Shown here piece by piece: positions 16,970 through 27,130 of a DNA stretch of 32,000 bases. The notes under the pieces are model-generated. The model did no database searches. It saw only the letters and a list, made by a program, of their open reading frames with translations, and was not told the origin of the DNA. Source of the DNA: Ferroglobus placidus DSM 10642 (GTDB lineage Archaea; Halobacteriota; Archaeoglobi; Archaeoglobales; Archaeoglobaceae). The stretch lies in the NCBI RefSeq assembly GCF_000025505.1, contig NC_013849.1, positions 120,001 to 152,000 on the forward strand, read 5' to 3'. A program made the position numbers and the translations under genes. Positions within the stretch are counted from its first letter, which is position 1. Every line of letters begins with the position of its first letter.

Positions 16970-17232
16970 GCTATCACCCCCTTAGCTTCTTCAACAAGCC
17001 TTCTCAATTCTTCAATTCTCGGAACACCTAAAAGAACGTACCTGTCGTTGATTATTATCGCAGGAACTCCGGATATGCCGTATTTCATAGCCTCCTTCAA
17101 CCCCTCTTCAGTCGTTACGCTCAGCTCCACCACTATTACGTCATCCCTCTCCTGAGCGAATTTTCTAAGCACTTCTCTTGCCCTCGGGCAGTAGGGGCAA
17201 GTTGGAGACGTGAGGAGCTTAATCACAACCAT
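16966..17232 (-). CDS. Small thioredoxin/glutaredoxin-like protein with CPYC active site
   Basis: 'MVVIKLLTSPTCPYCPRAREVLRKFAQERDDVIVVELSVTTEEGLKEAMKYGISGVPAIIINDRYVLLG'. The track start at 17373 is too long; ATG 17232, preceded by GGAGGTGAG, is preferred. Confidence 0.88.
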   Translation of the reverse strand: MVVIKLLTSPTCPYCPRAREVLRKFAQERDDVIVVELSVTTEEGLKEAMKYGISGVPAIIINDRYVLLGVPRIEELRRLVEEAKGVIA

Positions 17233-17492
17233 CTTTCTCACCTCCATTTTTACTTCTAAAGGGGGAATATATAACATCTTATCGGTTTTGTCAAAGTCGG
17301 TGAAAATCGATTTATTGTTCATTAAAAATTTCATCCACGAATAACTCTGGATTTGTTGAGGATTTGAAAGCAACTTAGATTCTAAAAAGCTTTCTCGGCA
17401 TCGTTAATCTGAAAAGCGGAGACCGAAAGATTAAAATTAAAACAGCTCGAACTTTTTTAAAAACTGAAAGGAGGGATTGAAAGAAGATGGCG

Positions 17493-17795
17493 ATGGAAAT
17501 CTGCAAGATATGCGGTTTGCCTAAGGATTTGTGCGTGTGCGAGGAAGTGGCTAAGGAGCAACAGCAGATAGTAATAAAGGTCGTGAAGAGGAGATACGGG
17601 AAGGAAGTAACAGTAATTGAAGGAATAGATGACTCGGAGATAAATTTAGAAGAGCTCGCAAAGTTTTTAAAGTCGAAGCTCGCTTGTGGTGGAACGGTTA
17701 AGAACGGAGTTATCGAATTGCAGGGGAATCACGTTCAAAAGGTTAAGGATTTGCTGATCAAGAAAGGATTTAACCCGGAGAGGATTAAAGCCTGA
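17493..17795 (+). CDS. Translation initiation factor aIF1 (SUI1 family)
   Basis: '[46 protein letters not shown]...[35 protein letters not shown]'. The start could also be ATG 17487. Confidence 0.9.
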   Translation: MEICKICGLPKDLCVCEEVAKEQQQIVIKVVKRRYGKEVTVIEGIDDSEINLEELAKFLKSKLACGGTVKNGVIELQGNHVQKVKDLLIKKGFNPERIKA

Positions 17796-18934
17796 ATCAC
17801 CTCTTTTACGTTTACTCCATATTTTTCCCATATTATCCACAAACCTAAGAAAGTCCCTATCATGCTTCCCACATTTGCCATTGCTGCGACGAAAATTACT
17901 CTAAAGGCTTTATTTCTCATCAACTGTTTTAAACTTTCGGCTTTCGTCAGCTCGTAGAGGTCGTCAGCTGTTGGTTTTCTAATGTATGCTTCGGCAAGCC
18001 CGGCAAACCATCCCGCAGCAATTAGGGGGTTTAGAGAAGTTAACCAGGCAACTAAAAAAGCTACGAAAGCCGAAAAAACGTGCCCACCGGCTAATAACGT
18101 GAAAAGAGCGGAAAGAACTCCGTTTATCAAAAACCATATGACAAAGATCTCCCTCGCTTCGCTTAAACCGAGAGTTAAGGCTATCGTAACGAAAATTAGG
18201 AGAAACAGAGCTGTGACGGCAAAACCGATAGCTTTTGCGAGTGAGAATCTCTTCTTTTTAACTTTTAAAAGCTCCGGTATGCTTGGAATCTCTTCCGGCT
18301 TGCTTAAATACCTCTCGATTCCCTTTTTATGCCCCGCTCCCACGACTGCGACGATTTTTTCGTATCTTTCAGCAGCTCTTATTAAGTTGTAAGCCATAAA
18401 CGCATCTCTCTCGTCTACGAGGACTTTCGCAGCGTTCGGAGAAACTCTTCTGAACTCCTCTACGAGTATTTCCGTCAGATCCTTCTCTATAAGCTCGTCC
18501 ACATCCACATCTTCGAACATTCCCTTTACGAAGTGGAAGAAGAGCTTGATTTTTTCGAAGAAGCTTAGAGAGTCTAAAAATCTCCTCATCGTGATTCCGA
18601 GATCCCGGTCTATTAAAAGAACGTCCGCTCCAACGTTTTTCGCTTCCTCTATCGCAGCGAGCATTTCGGTTCCCGGAGTTAACCCTTTTTCTTCGCCGAG
18701 CTTTTTTTGGAGGAAAGACAGAAAGACGGTCAAAAGGAATGTTGAGATGTCTCCTCTCTTCACGACGTCAACAACGTTTATCTCTTGCTTTTCTCCCATT
18801 AAAGCTCTGAACCTTTTTTCGTCGAGCTCCACAGCCACAGCTTTCGGCTGCACTTCTCTTATTACCTTTCTCACCTCTTCAACGCTCTTTTGAGAGACGT
18901 GGGCTGTGCCGACTATGTATACTCTACTTTGCAA
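17735..18934 (-). CDS. TraB/PrgY-family membrane protein
   Basis: '[42 protein letters not shown]', '[15 protein letters not shown]', '[10 protein letters not shown]', then several C-terminal transmembrane segments. Confidence 0.85.
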   Translation of the reverse strand: MQSRVYIVGTAHVSQKSVEEVRKVIREVQPKAVAVELDEKRFRALMGEKQEINVVDVVKRGDISTFLLTVFLSFLQKKLGEEKGLTPGTEMLAAIEEAKNVGADVLLIDRDLGITMRRFLDSLSFFEKIKLFFHFVKGMFEDVDVDELIEKDLTEILVEEFRRVSPNAAKVLVDERDAFMAYNLIRAAERYEKIVAVVGAGHKKGIERYLSKPEEIPSIPELLKVKKKRFSLAKAIGFAVTALFLLIFVTIALTLGLSEAREIFVIWFLINGVLSALFTLLAGGHVFSAFVAFLVAWLTSLNPLIAAGWFAGLAEAYIRKPTADDLYELTKAESLKQLMRNKAFRVIFVAAMANVGSMIGTFLGLWIIWEKYGVNVKEVIQALILSGLNPFLISKSLTF

Positions 18935-19973
18935 GCTGGTACACCTCCAAAATTTCGACCGCTTTAACTATATCCGTTCTCGTGAGAATGCCTACAAGTT
19001 TTCCGTTCTCGACGACGACGAGTCTACCAATTCCCGAGGAGGCGAGAATTCTCAAAGCGTCGATCATTGGAGTGTCGGGAGTTACTGTGATGACGTTCCT
19101 CGTCATAACTTCCTCTACCTTCGTATTCTCATCCTTTCCAACGATGTCGTGGAGAGTTACAATTCCAACGACCTCTCCGTTTTTAACAACCGGATAACCT
19201 AAGTGTTTTCTTTCGAACATCAATTTAAGCACGTCTCCGACGGTCATATCCGGTGTTACAGCCACTACATCCCTCGTCATTAGATCCCCCACTTTGAACC
19301 TCGAAAGGAGGCTTTCGATCGTTACGAGCTTCTCCTCTTCATTAGCTCCCATGTAAATGAATATCGCAATCAGCAGAAGCCACAAGTTAAAGAAAAGTCC
19401 GTAGACGGCCATGAATATAGCCAAAAATTTACCGAGTTCCGCAGCTATTCTCGTTGCCTGATAAAATCCGTACTTCTTAGCGAGAATGCTTCTCAGAATT
19501 CTTCCTCCGTCGAGAGGGAACGCTGGAATTAGGTTGAAGAAGGCGAGAATGAAATTTATCTCCGACATTAACAGAAAGAATTTACTCAAAGGGTATGGAG
19601 TAGGCAAGTAGAGAGCGAAGAAAGCAAATCCGAGCAAAATGCTTGCAAATGGACCAGCAAAGCTTACAACGCCTTCCCTTTTCGGCATCTTGTCCATTAC
19701 AGCCATCCCGCCGAAGATAAACAGGATTATCTCCCTCACGTTTCCTCCGTACCTTTTAGCCGTTATCGAATGGGAAAGCTCGTGAATTAAGACCGAGAAG
19801 AAGATTCCGACGGCGGCGAGAACTGAGAAGATCAGTCTCTCGGGATCTTTTATCTCGCTGAAGGCGAAGGGAGAGACGTAGAAGGCGTAGCTGAAAATCG
19901 CTATGATTATAAACAGGCTGTAGTGAACCTTCACGTCAATATCAAATATTCTGAACAGCTTTACCGAAGCCAT
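18924..19973 (-). CDS. Site-2-protease-family (M50) zinc metalloprotease with two CBS domains
   Basis: 'VLIHELSHSITAKRYG' (HExxH), 'FNLIPAFPLDGGRILRS', transmembrane helices, then 'VGDLMTRDVVAVTPDMTV...' and 'VEEVMTRNVITVTPDTPM...' CBS repeats. Confidence 0.93.
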   Translation of the reverse strand: MASVKLFRIFDIDVKVHYSLFIIIAIFSYAFYVSPFAFSEIKDPERLIFSVLAAVGIFFSVLIHELSHSITAKRYGGNVREIILFIFGGMAVMDKMPKREGVVSFAGPFASILLGFAFFALYLPTPYPLSKFFLLMSEINFILAFFNLIPAFPLDGGRILRSILAKKYGFYQATRIAAELGKFLAIFMAVYGLFFNLWLLLIAIFIYMGANEEEKLVTIESLLSRFKVGDLMTRDVVAVTPDMTVGDVLKLMFERKHLGYPVVKNGEVVGIVTLHDIVGKDENTKVEEVMTRNVITVTPDTPMIDALRILASSGIGRLVVVENGKLVGILTRTDIVKAVEILEVYQLAK

Positions 19974-20021
19974 TGAAAATCCTAAATAAAGGTGAATTTA
20001 AGCTTAACTTCAGGTGATATC

Positions 20022-20837
20022 TTGCTGTTCGGCACGGCTGGGGTGCCCAATTCAGCAAAGAACAGAAGCACAGAAGGAGGAGTTGAAAGAATAGCTGAAC
20101 TTAAACTCGATGCGATGGAAGTGGAGTTCGTTAGGGGAGTTAGAATGAAGGAAGAGGCGGCTAAAGCGGTGAGAGAGAAAGCTGAAGAGCTCGAAGTAAC
20201 TCTAAGCTCCCACGCTCCTTACTTCATAAACCTCAACGCAGACAGCGAAATGAAAGTTAGAAGGAGTATGCAGAACATATACGCAACGGCGAAGATTTCC
20301 CACGTCCTCGGAGCGAGAAACGTCGTTTTCCATCCGGGATATTACCTAAAAAGACCTAAAGAGGAGGTTTTCGAAAGAATAAAAAGTGCCGTAATAGAGC
20401 TGAGAAAGAGAATTGAAGACGAAGGGCTGAATGTTGTTCTCCGCCCCGAAACGAGTGGTAGCGTCTCTCAATTCGGAGAGCTCGATGAGATAATAAGGCT
20501 TTGCGAAGAAGCAGAAGTTTTGCCGTGCATAGACTTCAGCCACATCCATGCGAGAACTCAAGCCTACAACAGCTACGAGGAGTTCTGCGAGATTCTCGAA
20601 AAAGTCGAAAGTTTGGGAAAAGAAGCTTTGAAAGACTTTCACTGTCACGTGAGCGGCATAGACTACGATGTAAAGGGAGAAAAGAAGCACCTCAACTTGA
20701 AGGAATCCGACTTAAAGTACGAAGAGCTCCTCAAAGCTTTAAAAGATTTCAAGGTAAAAGGAGTCGTGATTTGCGAGAGTCCAAATCTGGAGGAAGATGC
20801 GTTAATGCTCAAGAAACTTTACCACTCTCTTCGATAG
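20022..20837 (+). CDS. Endonuclease IV / AP-endonuclease family 2-like TIM-barrel protein
   Basis: 'LLFGTAGVPNSAK', 'LSSHAPYFINLNA', 'NVVFHPGYY', 'EVLPCIDFSHIHARTQA', 'FHCHVSGIDYDVKGEKKHLNLKESDLKYEELL', 'VVICESPNLEEDAL'. TTG 20022, with SD-like GGTGAT upstream, is preferred over the track start at 19992. Confidence 0.8.
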   Translation: MLFGTAGVPNSAKNRSTEGGVERIAELKLDAMEVEFVRGVRMKEEAAKAVREKAEELEVTLSSHAPYFINLNADSEMKVRRSMQNIYATAKISHVLGARNVVFHPGYYLKRPKEEVFERIKSAVIELRKRIEDEGLNVVLRPETSGSVSQFGELDEIIRLCEEAEVLPCIDFSHIHARTQAYNSYEEFCEILEKVESLGKEALKDFHCHVSGIDYDVKGEKKHLNLKESDLKYEELLKALKDFKVKGVVICESPNLEEDALMLKKLYHSLR

Positions 20838-21195
20838 AGAACTTCTCAACTATCTCGTTCAGCTTCTTGAACCAGTTTTCGAGTTCGCTTCTTAGCTTTT
20901 CTTTTAGCTCTTCTATCGGAATCGGTATGTAGAGGTACTTGTAACCTCCGTGCTTTAAAATTCTGTACTCCCTCTTAACCAAACCCTTCTCCATTAGCGA
21001 TTGCAACGAGCGGTAAACTCCGCTCCTGTCTTTCCCCATTATCTCAGCTAATTCATCGACCCCGAGATTCGGATGTCTGTGCAGAGAGAGATACACTTCT
21101 ATTTCCGAAGGCGTAAGCTTAAGCACGCATCGCAAAATGTGTTGGAAGGAAGGTTCGCCCTCAAACAGCTCTTCGATTTCCCTCTCCATCTTCAA
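20809..21195 (-). CDS. Small HTH (TrmB-like) transcriptional regulator
   Basis: '[67 protein letters not shown]' is a winged helix. ATGA overlap with valS. Confidence 0.82.
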   Translation of the reverse strand: MKMEREIEELFEGEPSFQHILRCVLKLTPSEIEVYLSLHRHPNLGVDELAEIMGKDRSGVYRSLQSLMEKGLVKREYRILKHGGYKYLYIPIPIEELKEKLRSELENWFKKLNEIVEKFSIEESGKVS

Positions 21196-23786
21196 ACCCT
21201 CTCTATCATAACTACAACGTTTTCGACCTCCAAAACGTCAACGCTCAGATCTCCCACGACTTTTTCTAATTTAAACTCGAACCAGTCCGAACTAAGCTCG
21301 ATTCTCTCGCCGTTAACCTCTACCTCTAACTTACCGGTTTCCATAAATTTAAACTTTTCCTCCTCGCTTAACTTCGTAACGGCTTCAACGACCTTCTTAG
21401 CTTTTTCTTTGAATTTAGGTCCTATAACGCTGTATTTTGGCTTAATCTCCTTAACTTTCGTCTCTATTTTCGGCATCTCCTCTATAAAGCTCACGTCGGC
21501 GTTAACAGCTCCGCTTATATCTCTGACGTCGAACTTTTCTGGGGAGTAAATGAGTATCCTTTTCATCGGAGCATTTAACGCCATTTTTCTATCGTGCTTG
21601 TACCTCCTGATTTCTTCGACTATTTTTCTGATCTTTTCTCCTCTTCTTTCTGCTTCTTCGTCTATAAACTTCTCCTCAACTTCCGGATAGCTTTGCATGT
21701 GAACGCTTCCATCTTTGAAAAGCACATTCCAGCACTCCTCGCTTAAGAATGGCGTAAACGGGGCGAGCAATCTTATTAAAGCGTTCATGACCTTGTAAAG
21801 AGTGTACCTCGCTGCAAGCTTTTCTTTCTCGTCTCCGGAGTAAAGTCTGTTCTTAACCAGCTCGACGTAATTGTCAGCAAATTCGTACCAGGTAAATCCT
21901 CTGATGAGCTTCAAAGCCTCGCTGAAGCTGTAGTTTTCCATCGCTTCGTCAACTTCCTTGACGAGTTTGTTGAGCTTCGAAAGAATCCACCTGTCGGCAT
22001 CTCTCAAATACTGCTCGTGCTCGTCTTTTGGCTCGTAATTTTCGAGATGCATCGCTGAAAACCTCGTTAAGCTCCAGAACTTCTGCTGGAATCTCGATGC
22101 CGACTTTATTTCCTTCCAAGAAAAAGCCACGTCGCTGCCAACAACTCCACCTATTGCCGCCCACTGTCTCAAGCAGTCGGCACCGTACTTCTCTATTACT
22201 TCTTCAGCTTCCACGTAATTTCCTAAACTCTTGCTCATCTTTCTTCCATCTTCCCCCAGAACCATTCCGTTTATCACTATCTCGTACCACGGAATCTGGT
22301 TAACGAGATATATGCTCCTGAGAATCGTGTAAAAAGCCCAAGTCCTTATGATGTCGTGTCCCTGTGGTCTCAGATGAGTGGGATACTCCTTAAGCTCTTC
22401 CGGCCAGCCCACTATCGCCAAAGGCGTTATACTCGAGTCCATCCAGGTGTCGAGAACGTCGTCTTCTCCTCTAAACTTCGTCGAACCGCACTTGGGGCAA
22501 GGTTCTTTTGGCTGATCTTTCGTCGGATCTACCGGAAGCCATTCTTCTTTAGCCACAATCGTCTCCCCACAGTTTTCGCAGTACCATACTGGAATAGGCG
22601 TTGCAAAAACTCTCTGCCTGCTTATAACCCAGTCCCACTCCATGCTCTCTACCCAGTCTTCGAGCCTGAGATACATGTGCTCCGGAATCCACTTAATCTT
22701 CCTCGCTGCTTCGAGAACTCTCTCCTTGTCAACTTTAACGAACCACTGCTCTTCTGGAATAATCTCCACCGGCGTTTTGCACCTCCAGCAAACTCCGACC
22801 TTGTGGTCCACCTCTTCCACTTTAATCAATCTTCCTTCCTTCTTGAAATCCTCTATGATTTTTTCCCTCGCTTCGCTCACGGTTAAGCCAGCGTACTTTC
22901 CAGCTTTTTCGTTCAGCTTTCCATCCCTCGTCAAAACCTGCCTAAGCTCCAAGCCGTGCTTCTTCCACCACCTCACGTCCTGCTTGTCTCCAAAAGTACA
23001 GATCATCACCATTCCGGTTCCGTAATTCGGATCGACTTCTTCGTCAGCTATAATCTTTACTTCTTTCCCGCTTATCGGAACGACAACCGTCTTTCCAACC
23101 AAATCTTTGTACCTCTCGTCTTCCGGATGAACTGCAACAGCAACACAAGCCGGAATCAGCTCTGGGCGAGTTGTAGCTATTATGACGTTTTCATCGAACT
23201 TTATGTAGTTCAGCTTAGTCTTGCCCTCTTTGTACTCTATTTCAGCCAACGCAATAGTTGTTTCGCACCTCGGGCACACTATGACCGGATGATATCCCTT
23301 GTAAATCCACCCCTTCTCGTAAAGTCTTACGAAGCTCACCTGAGTTTTTCTGTAGTACTCCGGATACATCGTTACGTACTCCTTGCTCCAGTCTATGCTT
23401 AGTCCGAGCTTTTTCATCGTCTCCTTCATCCTCTTTATGTTCCTCTCCGTAAACTCCACGCACAGCTCCCTGAACTTTTCTCTCGGAACGTCGTTCTTCT
23501 TTATTCCGTAAAGCTCTTCCACTTTGACTTCGGTCGGCAATCCGTGGCAGTCCCAACCCTGGGGAAACATTACTTCGTAGCCTTTCATTCTCTTGTATCT
23601 CGCTATGAAATCGATGTAACACCAGTTCAAAGCGTTTCCTATGTGGAAGGAGCCAGTAGGATAAGGGGGAGGAGTATCGATTATGAAGTGCGGCTTCTTC
23701 GAATCCCAGTCAAAGTAGTACATGTCATCCTTCCACAAGCGAAGCCATTTGTCTTCGACTTCCCTCGCCTTATACTCTTTTTCCAT
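21192..23786 (-). CDS. valS: Valyl-tRNA synthetase
   Basis: '[48 protein letters not shown]', editing domain '[22 protein letters not shown]', '[14 protein letters not shown]', '[10 protein letters not shown]'. Confidence 0.97.
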   Translation of the reverse strand: MEKEYKAREVEDKWLRLWKDDMYYFDWDSKKPHFIIDTPPPYPTGSFHIGNALNWCYIDFIARYKRMKGYEVMFPQGWDCHGLPTEVKVEELYGIKKNDVPREKFRELCVEFTERNIKRMKETMKKLGLSIDWSKEYVTMYPEYYRKTQVSFVRLYEKGWIYKGYHPVIVCPRCETTIALAEIEYKEGKTKLNYIKFDENVIIATTRPELIPACVAVAVHPEDERYKDLVGKTVVVPISGKEVKIIADEEVDPNYGTGMVMICTFGDKQDVRWWKKHGLELRQVLTRDGKLNEKAGKYAGLTVSEAREKIIEDFKKEGRLIKVEEVDHKVGVCWRCKTPVEIIPEEQWFVKVDKERVLEAARKIKWIPEHMYLRLEDWVESMEWDWVISRQRVFATPIPVWYCENCGETIVAKEEWLPVDPTKDQPKEPCPKCGSTKFRGEDDVLDTWMDSSITPLAIVGWPEELKEYPTHLRPQGHDIIRTWAFYTILRSIYLVNQIPWYEIVINGMVLGEDGRKMSKSLGNYVEAEEVIEKYGADCLRQWAAIGGVVGSDVAFSWKEIKSASRFQQKFWSLTRFSAMHLENYEPKDEHEQYLRDADRWILSKLNKLVKEVDEAMENYSFSEALKLIRGFTWYEFADNYVELVKNRLYSGDEKEKLAARYTLYKVMNALIRLLAPFTPFLSEECWNVLFKDGSVHMQSYPEVEEKFIDEEAERRGEKIRKIVEEIRRYKHDRKMALNAPMKRILIYSPEKFDVRDISGAVNADVSFIEEMPKIETKVKEIKPKYSVIGPKFKEKAKKVVEAVTKLSEEEKFKFMETGKLEVEVNGERIELSSDWFEFKLEKVVGDLSVDVLEVENVVVMIERV

Positions 23787-23790
23787 CGGA

Positions 23791-24513
23791 TCACCTCACG
23801 TAATTTTTAAGCCTGCCAACACCTTCAATTTCCACTTCCACAACGTCACCTCTCTTTAAAGCGCCAACCCCCGGCGGAGTGCCGGTGGCGATGACGTCGT
23901 ACTTTTTCAGAGTCATGAGGGAGGAAATGTATTCGATTAAAGTTGGCACGTCAAATATCAGATTTTTGGTTGAAGAATCTTGAACGACCTTTCCGTTCAG
24001 GTAGGTTCTTATCCTGAGATTAGAAGGATCGACGTTAACTACGTACGGACCCATCGGAGAGAAAGTGTCGAAGGATTTGACGATGTCCCACTGCCAGCCA
24101 GCCTGCTGTAAATCTCTCGCTGTAACGTCGTTGAAACAAGTATAACCGAGGATGTAGTCTTCGGCATCCTCTTTAGAAACGTTCTTGCATCTCTTTCTAA
24201 TAACGACGGCAAGCTCTCCCTCGTAATCTACTCTTTTTGGCTTCGGTGGGAGAATTATGTAATCTTCATTTCCCACAACGCTGCTCGGGGATTTCAAAAA
24301 CAGAGCCGGCTCTTTGGGAACTTCCATACCCAGCTCTTTCGCGTGATCTTCGTAGTTTAAAGCTACTCCAATGATTTTTTCCGGCTTTACCGGCGGTAGA
24401 AATTTTACCGCTTCAATCTCGAACTCCAAACCGTCGTAAATTATTTTTCCACCAGAAAGCTCGAAGTAACCTTCAAACACCTCTCCGGCGTAAACGAACC
24501 TACCGTAAGCCAT
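23791..24513 (-). CDS. Fumarylacetoacetate hydrolase (FAH) family protein
   Basis: '[22 protein letters not shown]', '[16 protein letters not shown]', '[18 protein letters not shown]', '[13 protein letters not shown]', '[11 protein letters not shown]', '[12 protein letters not shown]'. Confidence 0.92.
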   Translation of the reverse strand: MAYGRFVYAGEVFEGYFELSGGKIIYDGLEFEIEAVKFLPPVKPEKIIGVALNYEDHAKELGMEVPKEPALFLKSPSSVVGNEDYIILPPKPKRVDYEGELAVVIRKRCKNVSKEDAEDYILGYTCFNDVTARDLQQAGWQWDIVKSFDTFSPMGPYVVNVDPSNLRIRTYLNGKVVQDSSTKNLIFDVPTLIEYISSLMTLKKYDVIATGTPPGVGALKRGDVVEVEIEGVGRLKNYVR

Positions 24514-24542
24514 TAGGGTAATGGATTTCCTTTGAAAATATA

Positions 24543-24902
24543 TTACTTTCTTTCGAGGTTTATTTTCGAGTCGTCTAAAATCACTTGGACTTCGACGTCG
24601 CTCGCCCCTTCAACTTTAACTTTGCCCTCTCCGTAAGCCAAGCATTGGATGCAAATTTCGTCGCTTCGGCTAAGTTTTATTACGAGGTTGCCGTTTTCTA
24701 TGCTCGCGTTCATCTTGTAACACGGATTTGGTAAATTTACTCCAAAACTCACGACTAATTCTTTCGCGCCTTTTGTAACATTGTAAAAGTTCTCGCCGCT
24801 GCCGCACTTAGCTGAAAACTCTGTAAAAGTGATTTTTACGTCACCCTCCTTTTGAACGCAGCCGATGAAGAAGAGAATTAAAACCACGAGCATTAATCTC
24901 AT
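24543..24902 (-). CDS. Small putative lipoprotein, function unknown
   Basis: 'MRLMLVVLILFFIGCVQKEGDVKITF...' is a signal peptide with a lipobox-like FIGC. The track ORF (start 25136) runs antisense through a tRNA, so ATG 24902 is preferred. Confidence 0.68.
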   Translation of the reverse strand: MRLMLVVLILFFIGCVQKEGDVKITFTEFSAKCGSGENFYNVTKGAKELVVSFGVNLPNPCYKMNASIENGNLVIKLSRSDEICIQCLAYGEGKVKVEGASDVEVQVILDDSKINLERK

Positions 24903-24990
24903 GATTGAGCTTGTGCTTGAAATCTTAAAATAGTTTACCACAAACCTAATAAACAACGGTACGCCATCAGAATACTGTCGGACGGAAAAA

Positions 24991-24998
24991 TTATAAAT
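24991..24998 (+). promoter_or_regulatory. TATA-like box (TTATAAAT) for tRNA-Arg
   Basis: Located ~30-37 nt upstream of the tRNA 5' end, in 'gacggaaaaattataaatcgg'. Confidence 0.5.
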
Positions 24999-25027
24999 CG
25001 GCTGAGGAAAATCGAGCATCACTAAAT

Positions 25028-25102
25028 GGGCCCGTGGCTCAGCCTGGATAGAGCGACGGCCTTCTAAGCCGTAGATCCCGGGTTCAAATCCCGGCGGGTC
25101 CG
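25028..25102 (+). tRNA. tRNA-Arg (anticodon UCU)
   Basis: GGGCCCG UG GCUC AGCCUGGAUA GAGC G ACGGC CUUCUAA GCCGU AGAUC CCGGG UUCAAAU CCCGG CGGGUCC G folds as a complete cloverleaf. Confidence 0.95.
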
Positions 25103-25303
25103 CTCTAAATCTTTCTATTAAACCGTTTTCTGCCAAAATTCGGTGTTAATTTCACCTTCTCATGGCTTTGGCGAGGCATATTGATTCACAAGTGTAAATA
25201 AAAATAAGGTGAGCGAACCAGTAGGTGTTCGGTGTAGCGAACTCTCAATCAGTAGCTTAGCAAAATTTATCTATGATCTTGAAGATTTTGAACAGGTGAT
25301 TTT

Positions 25304-25744
25304 ATGGCTTACTGGCTCTGCATAACCACCGAAGAGAACTGGAAGGTTATTAGAGAAAAGAACGTCTGGGGCGTTCCGGAGAGGCACAGAAACACCATAG
25401 CGAAAGTCAAGCCGGGGGACAAGCTTCTTATCTACCTCAAGCAGGAAAAGATCGGCGACGAGATTAAAGAGCCGAGGATTGTAGCGGTTTACGAAGTCGT
25501 CTCGGAGCCTTTCAGAGACTCGACGAAGATCTTCAAAACTCCTAAAGGTATGGGAAGCGAAACTTTTCCGCTGAGAATTAAGATAAAGCCGATCAAGATC
25601 TTCGATAAGCCGATAGAGTTCAAGCCGTTGATTCCTAAGCTGAAGTTCATAACGAACAAGAAAAAGTGGAGCGGTCACTTAATGGGTAAGGCTATGAGAG
25701 AGATTCCCGAAGACGATTTTAGGCTCATTACGGAGAAAGCTTGA
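25304..25744 (+). CDS. EVE-domain (PUA-like) protein
   Basis: '[49 protein letters not shown]...[21 protein letters not shown]' is a typical EVE/PUA-like N-terminus and strand order. Confidence 0.82.
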   Translation: MAYWLCITTEENWKVIREKNVWGVPERHRNTIAKVKPGDKLLIYLKQEKIGDEIKEPRIVAVYEVVSEPFRDSTKIFKTPKGMGSETFPLRIKIKPIKIFDKPIEFKPLIPKLKFITNKKKWSGHLMGKAMREIPEDDFRLITEKA

Positions 25745-25784
25745 CAGGTCGAGAAGTTACTCAAACCAACACAATTAAGAGCGG

Positions 25785-26300
25785 TTAGCTGCAACTCCAC
25801 AAACCGACTTTAGACTTTTTAGCTAAGTTCTCATACGATAAGTATTCAGCCTTTTTTGAAAATTCGCCCTCGACGTAAACTCTCGCATATCCGAGTTTGA
25901 TGAGGATCGCTGCAAAATCCGCTTTCTCGTCCGGATAATAAACGTAAGCTAAAAGTCTTCCGTATTTATCTCTTAATCCAGCCTTCCTGTCGAATTCTAT
26001 AAGCACGGTTTTCCCTTCTAACTTTTTCCTAACGAATTCCTTAGCTTTAACACCCCAAAGGGAGAGGCACGTTAAATTGGTTATATTTTCGTACTCTCCA
26101 ATCCTGTTCCTCTCGGCTATTAGCTCTGGCGTATCTATCCCGAGTACTCTGACTTTCACGACCCTCCCCTTAACTTCGGCGTAAAAAGTGTCTCCGTCAA
26201 CCACTTTCAGAACTCTCGCTTCGTACTTAACTCCGTAATCGAATGATTCGGCGCATAAGGCTACTATCAAAACGAGAACGAGAATTGCCTGAATCCTCAT
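25785..26300 (-). CDS. Secreted staphylococcal-nuclease (SNase/thermonuclease) family protein
   Basis: Signal-like [20 protein letters not shown]; 'EARVLKVVDGDTFYAEVKGRVVKVRVLGIDTPEL', 'FDRKAGLRDKYGRLLAYVY', 'LIKLGYARVY'. Confidence 0.9.
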   Translation of the reverse strand: MRIQAILVLVLIVALCAESFDYGVKYEARVLKVVDGDTFYAEVKGRVVKVRVLGIDTPELIAERNRIGEYENITNLTCLSLWGVKAKEFVRKKLEGKTVLIEFDRKAGLRDKYGRLLAYVYYPDEKADFAAILIKLGYARVYVEGEFSKKAEYLSYENLAKKSKVGLWSCS

Positions 26301-27130
26301 TTCAGAACCTTCCTAATCTCTAAGCTTACATCAAAGTTCTCTACTGAGTGGGTAAGCTCACCCATACTTATCACATCCACGTCAAGCTTTGCGTAATCGA
26401 TAATGTTGTCTTCGGTTACACCACCAGAAATCTCCAGTAAAACTCTTTCTCTGAGTGTCCTCTTCTTTAATTCGGCAATAGCTTTTTCAATTTCTCCAAC
26501 ATCCATGTTGTCGAACATTATGACGTCGGCTCCAAGCTCAGCAGCTTTTAAAGCTGATTCTGCATCGCTAACTTCCACGACCACTTTCTTGTACAAGCTT
26601 AGAGATTTCGCTCTTTTTATAGCTTCCTCAAGGGAAATCACTGCAAGGTGGTTATCTTTTATTAAAATACAATCGCTCAGAGAGTATCTGTGAATTTCTC
26701 CTCCTCCGACAAAAACAGCCTTTTTGTCAAGCAACCTCATTCCGGGACAGGTTTTTCTCGTGGCGGCTATTCTAACTTTAGAATTTACCTTTTTGACTTT
26801 TTCAGCAACTCTTCTCGTTTTCGTCGCTATTCCGCTCATTCTACCAATGACGTTCAAAGCTGTTCTTTCTACAAGCAAAACTTTTTTCACGTTCCCAAAA
26901 AGTTCCATTAAAACCTCTTCCTTCTCGACCTCTTGTCCATCCCTCTTCCTAAGCTTTACCTCAACTCCGAAATGTTCAAAGAGCTCCTTAGCTTCCTCCA
27001 ATCCAGCTACAACTCCGCTCTGCTTTGCTACGATAAAAGCTTCAACACTGACGTCGGGAAGAATTTCGCTCGTCAAATCCCCAAAGGGTGCATCCTCTTC
27101 AACGAACTCGAGCAATTTTTTCAGGATCAT
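26297..27130 (-). CDS. nadC: Nicotinate-nucleotide pyrophosphorylase (quinolinate phosphoribosyltransferase)
   Basis: '[17 protein letters not shown]', '[20 protein letters not shown]', '[40 protein letters not shown]', 'ADVIMFDNM'. Confidence 0.95.
   Translation of the reverse strand: MILKKLLEFVEEDAPFGDLTSEILPDVSVEAFIVAKQSGVVAGLEEAKELFEHFGVEVKLRKRDGQEVEKEEVLMELFGNVKKVLLVERTALNVIGRMSGIATKTRRVAEKVKKVNSKVRIAATRKTCPGMRLLDKKAVFVGGGEIHRYSLSDCILIKDNHLAVISLEEAIKRAKSLSLYKKVVVEVSDAESALKAAELGADVIMFDNMDVGEIEKAIAELKKRTLRERVLLEISGGVTEDNIIDYAKLDVDVISMGELTHSVENFDVSLEIRKVLK

Noticed and set aside
19998-20007. 10-bp palindrome TTAAGCTTAA between the divergent S2P and endonuclease IV-like genes
   Set aside because: Short and AT-rich with no extended symmetry; expected by chance and not distinguishable from background.
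21949-23810. Multiple plus-strand ORFs over valS (e.g. 22356..22886, 22642..23025, 22956..23402)
   Set aside because: Antisense to valyl-tRNA synthetase with intact signature motifs; shadows of a highly biased coding strand.
24903-25136. N-terminal extension of the lipoprotein ORF (24543..25136)
   Set aside because: The extension is antisense to tRNA-Arg(UCU), and the signal peptide starts at ATG 24902.
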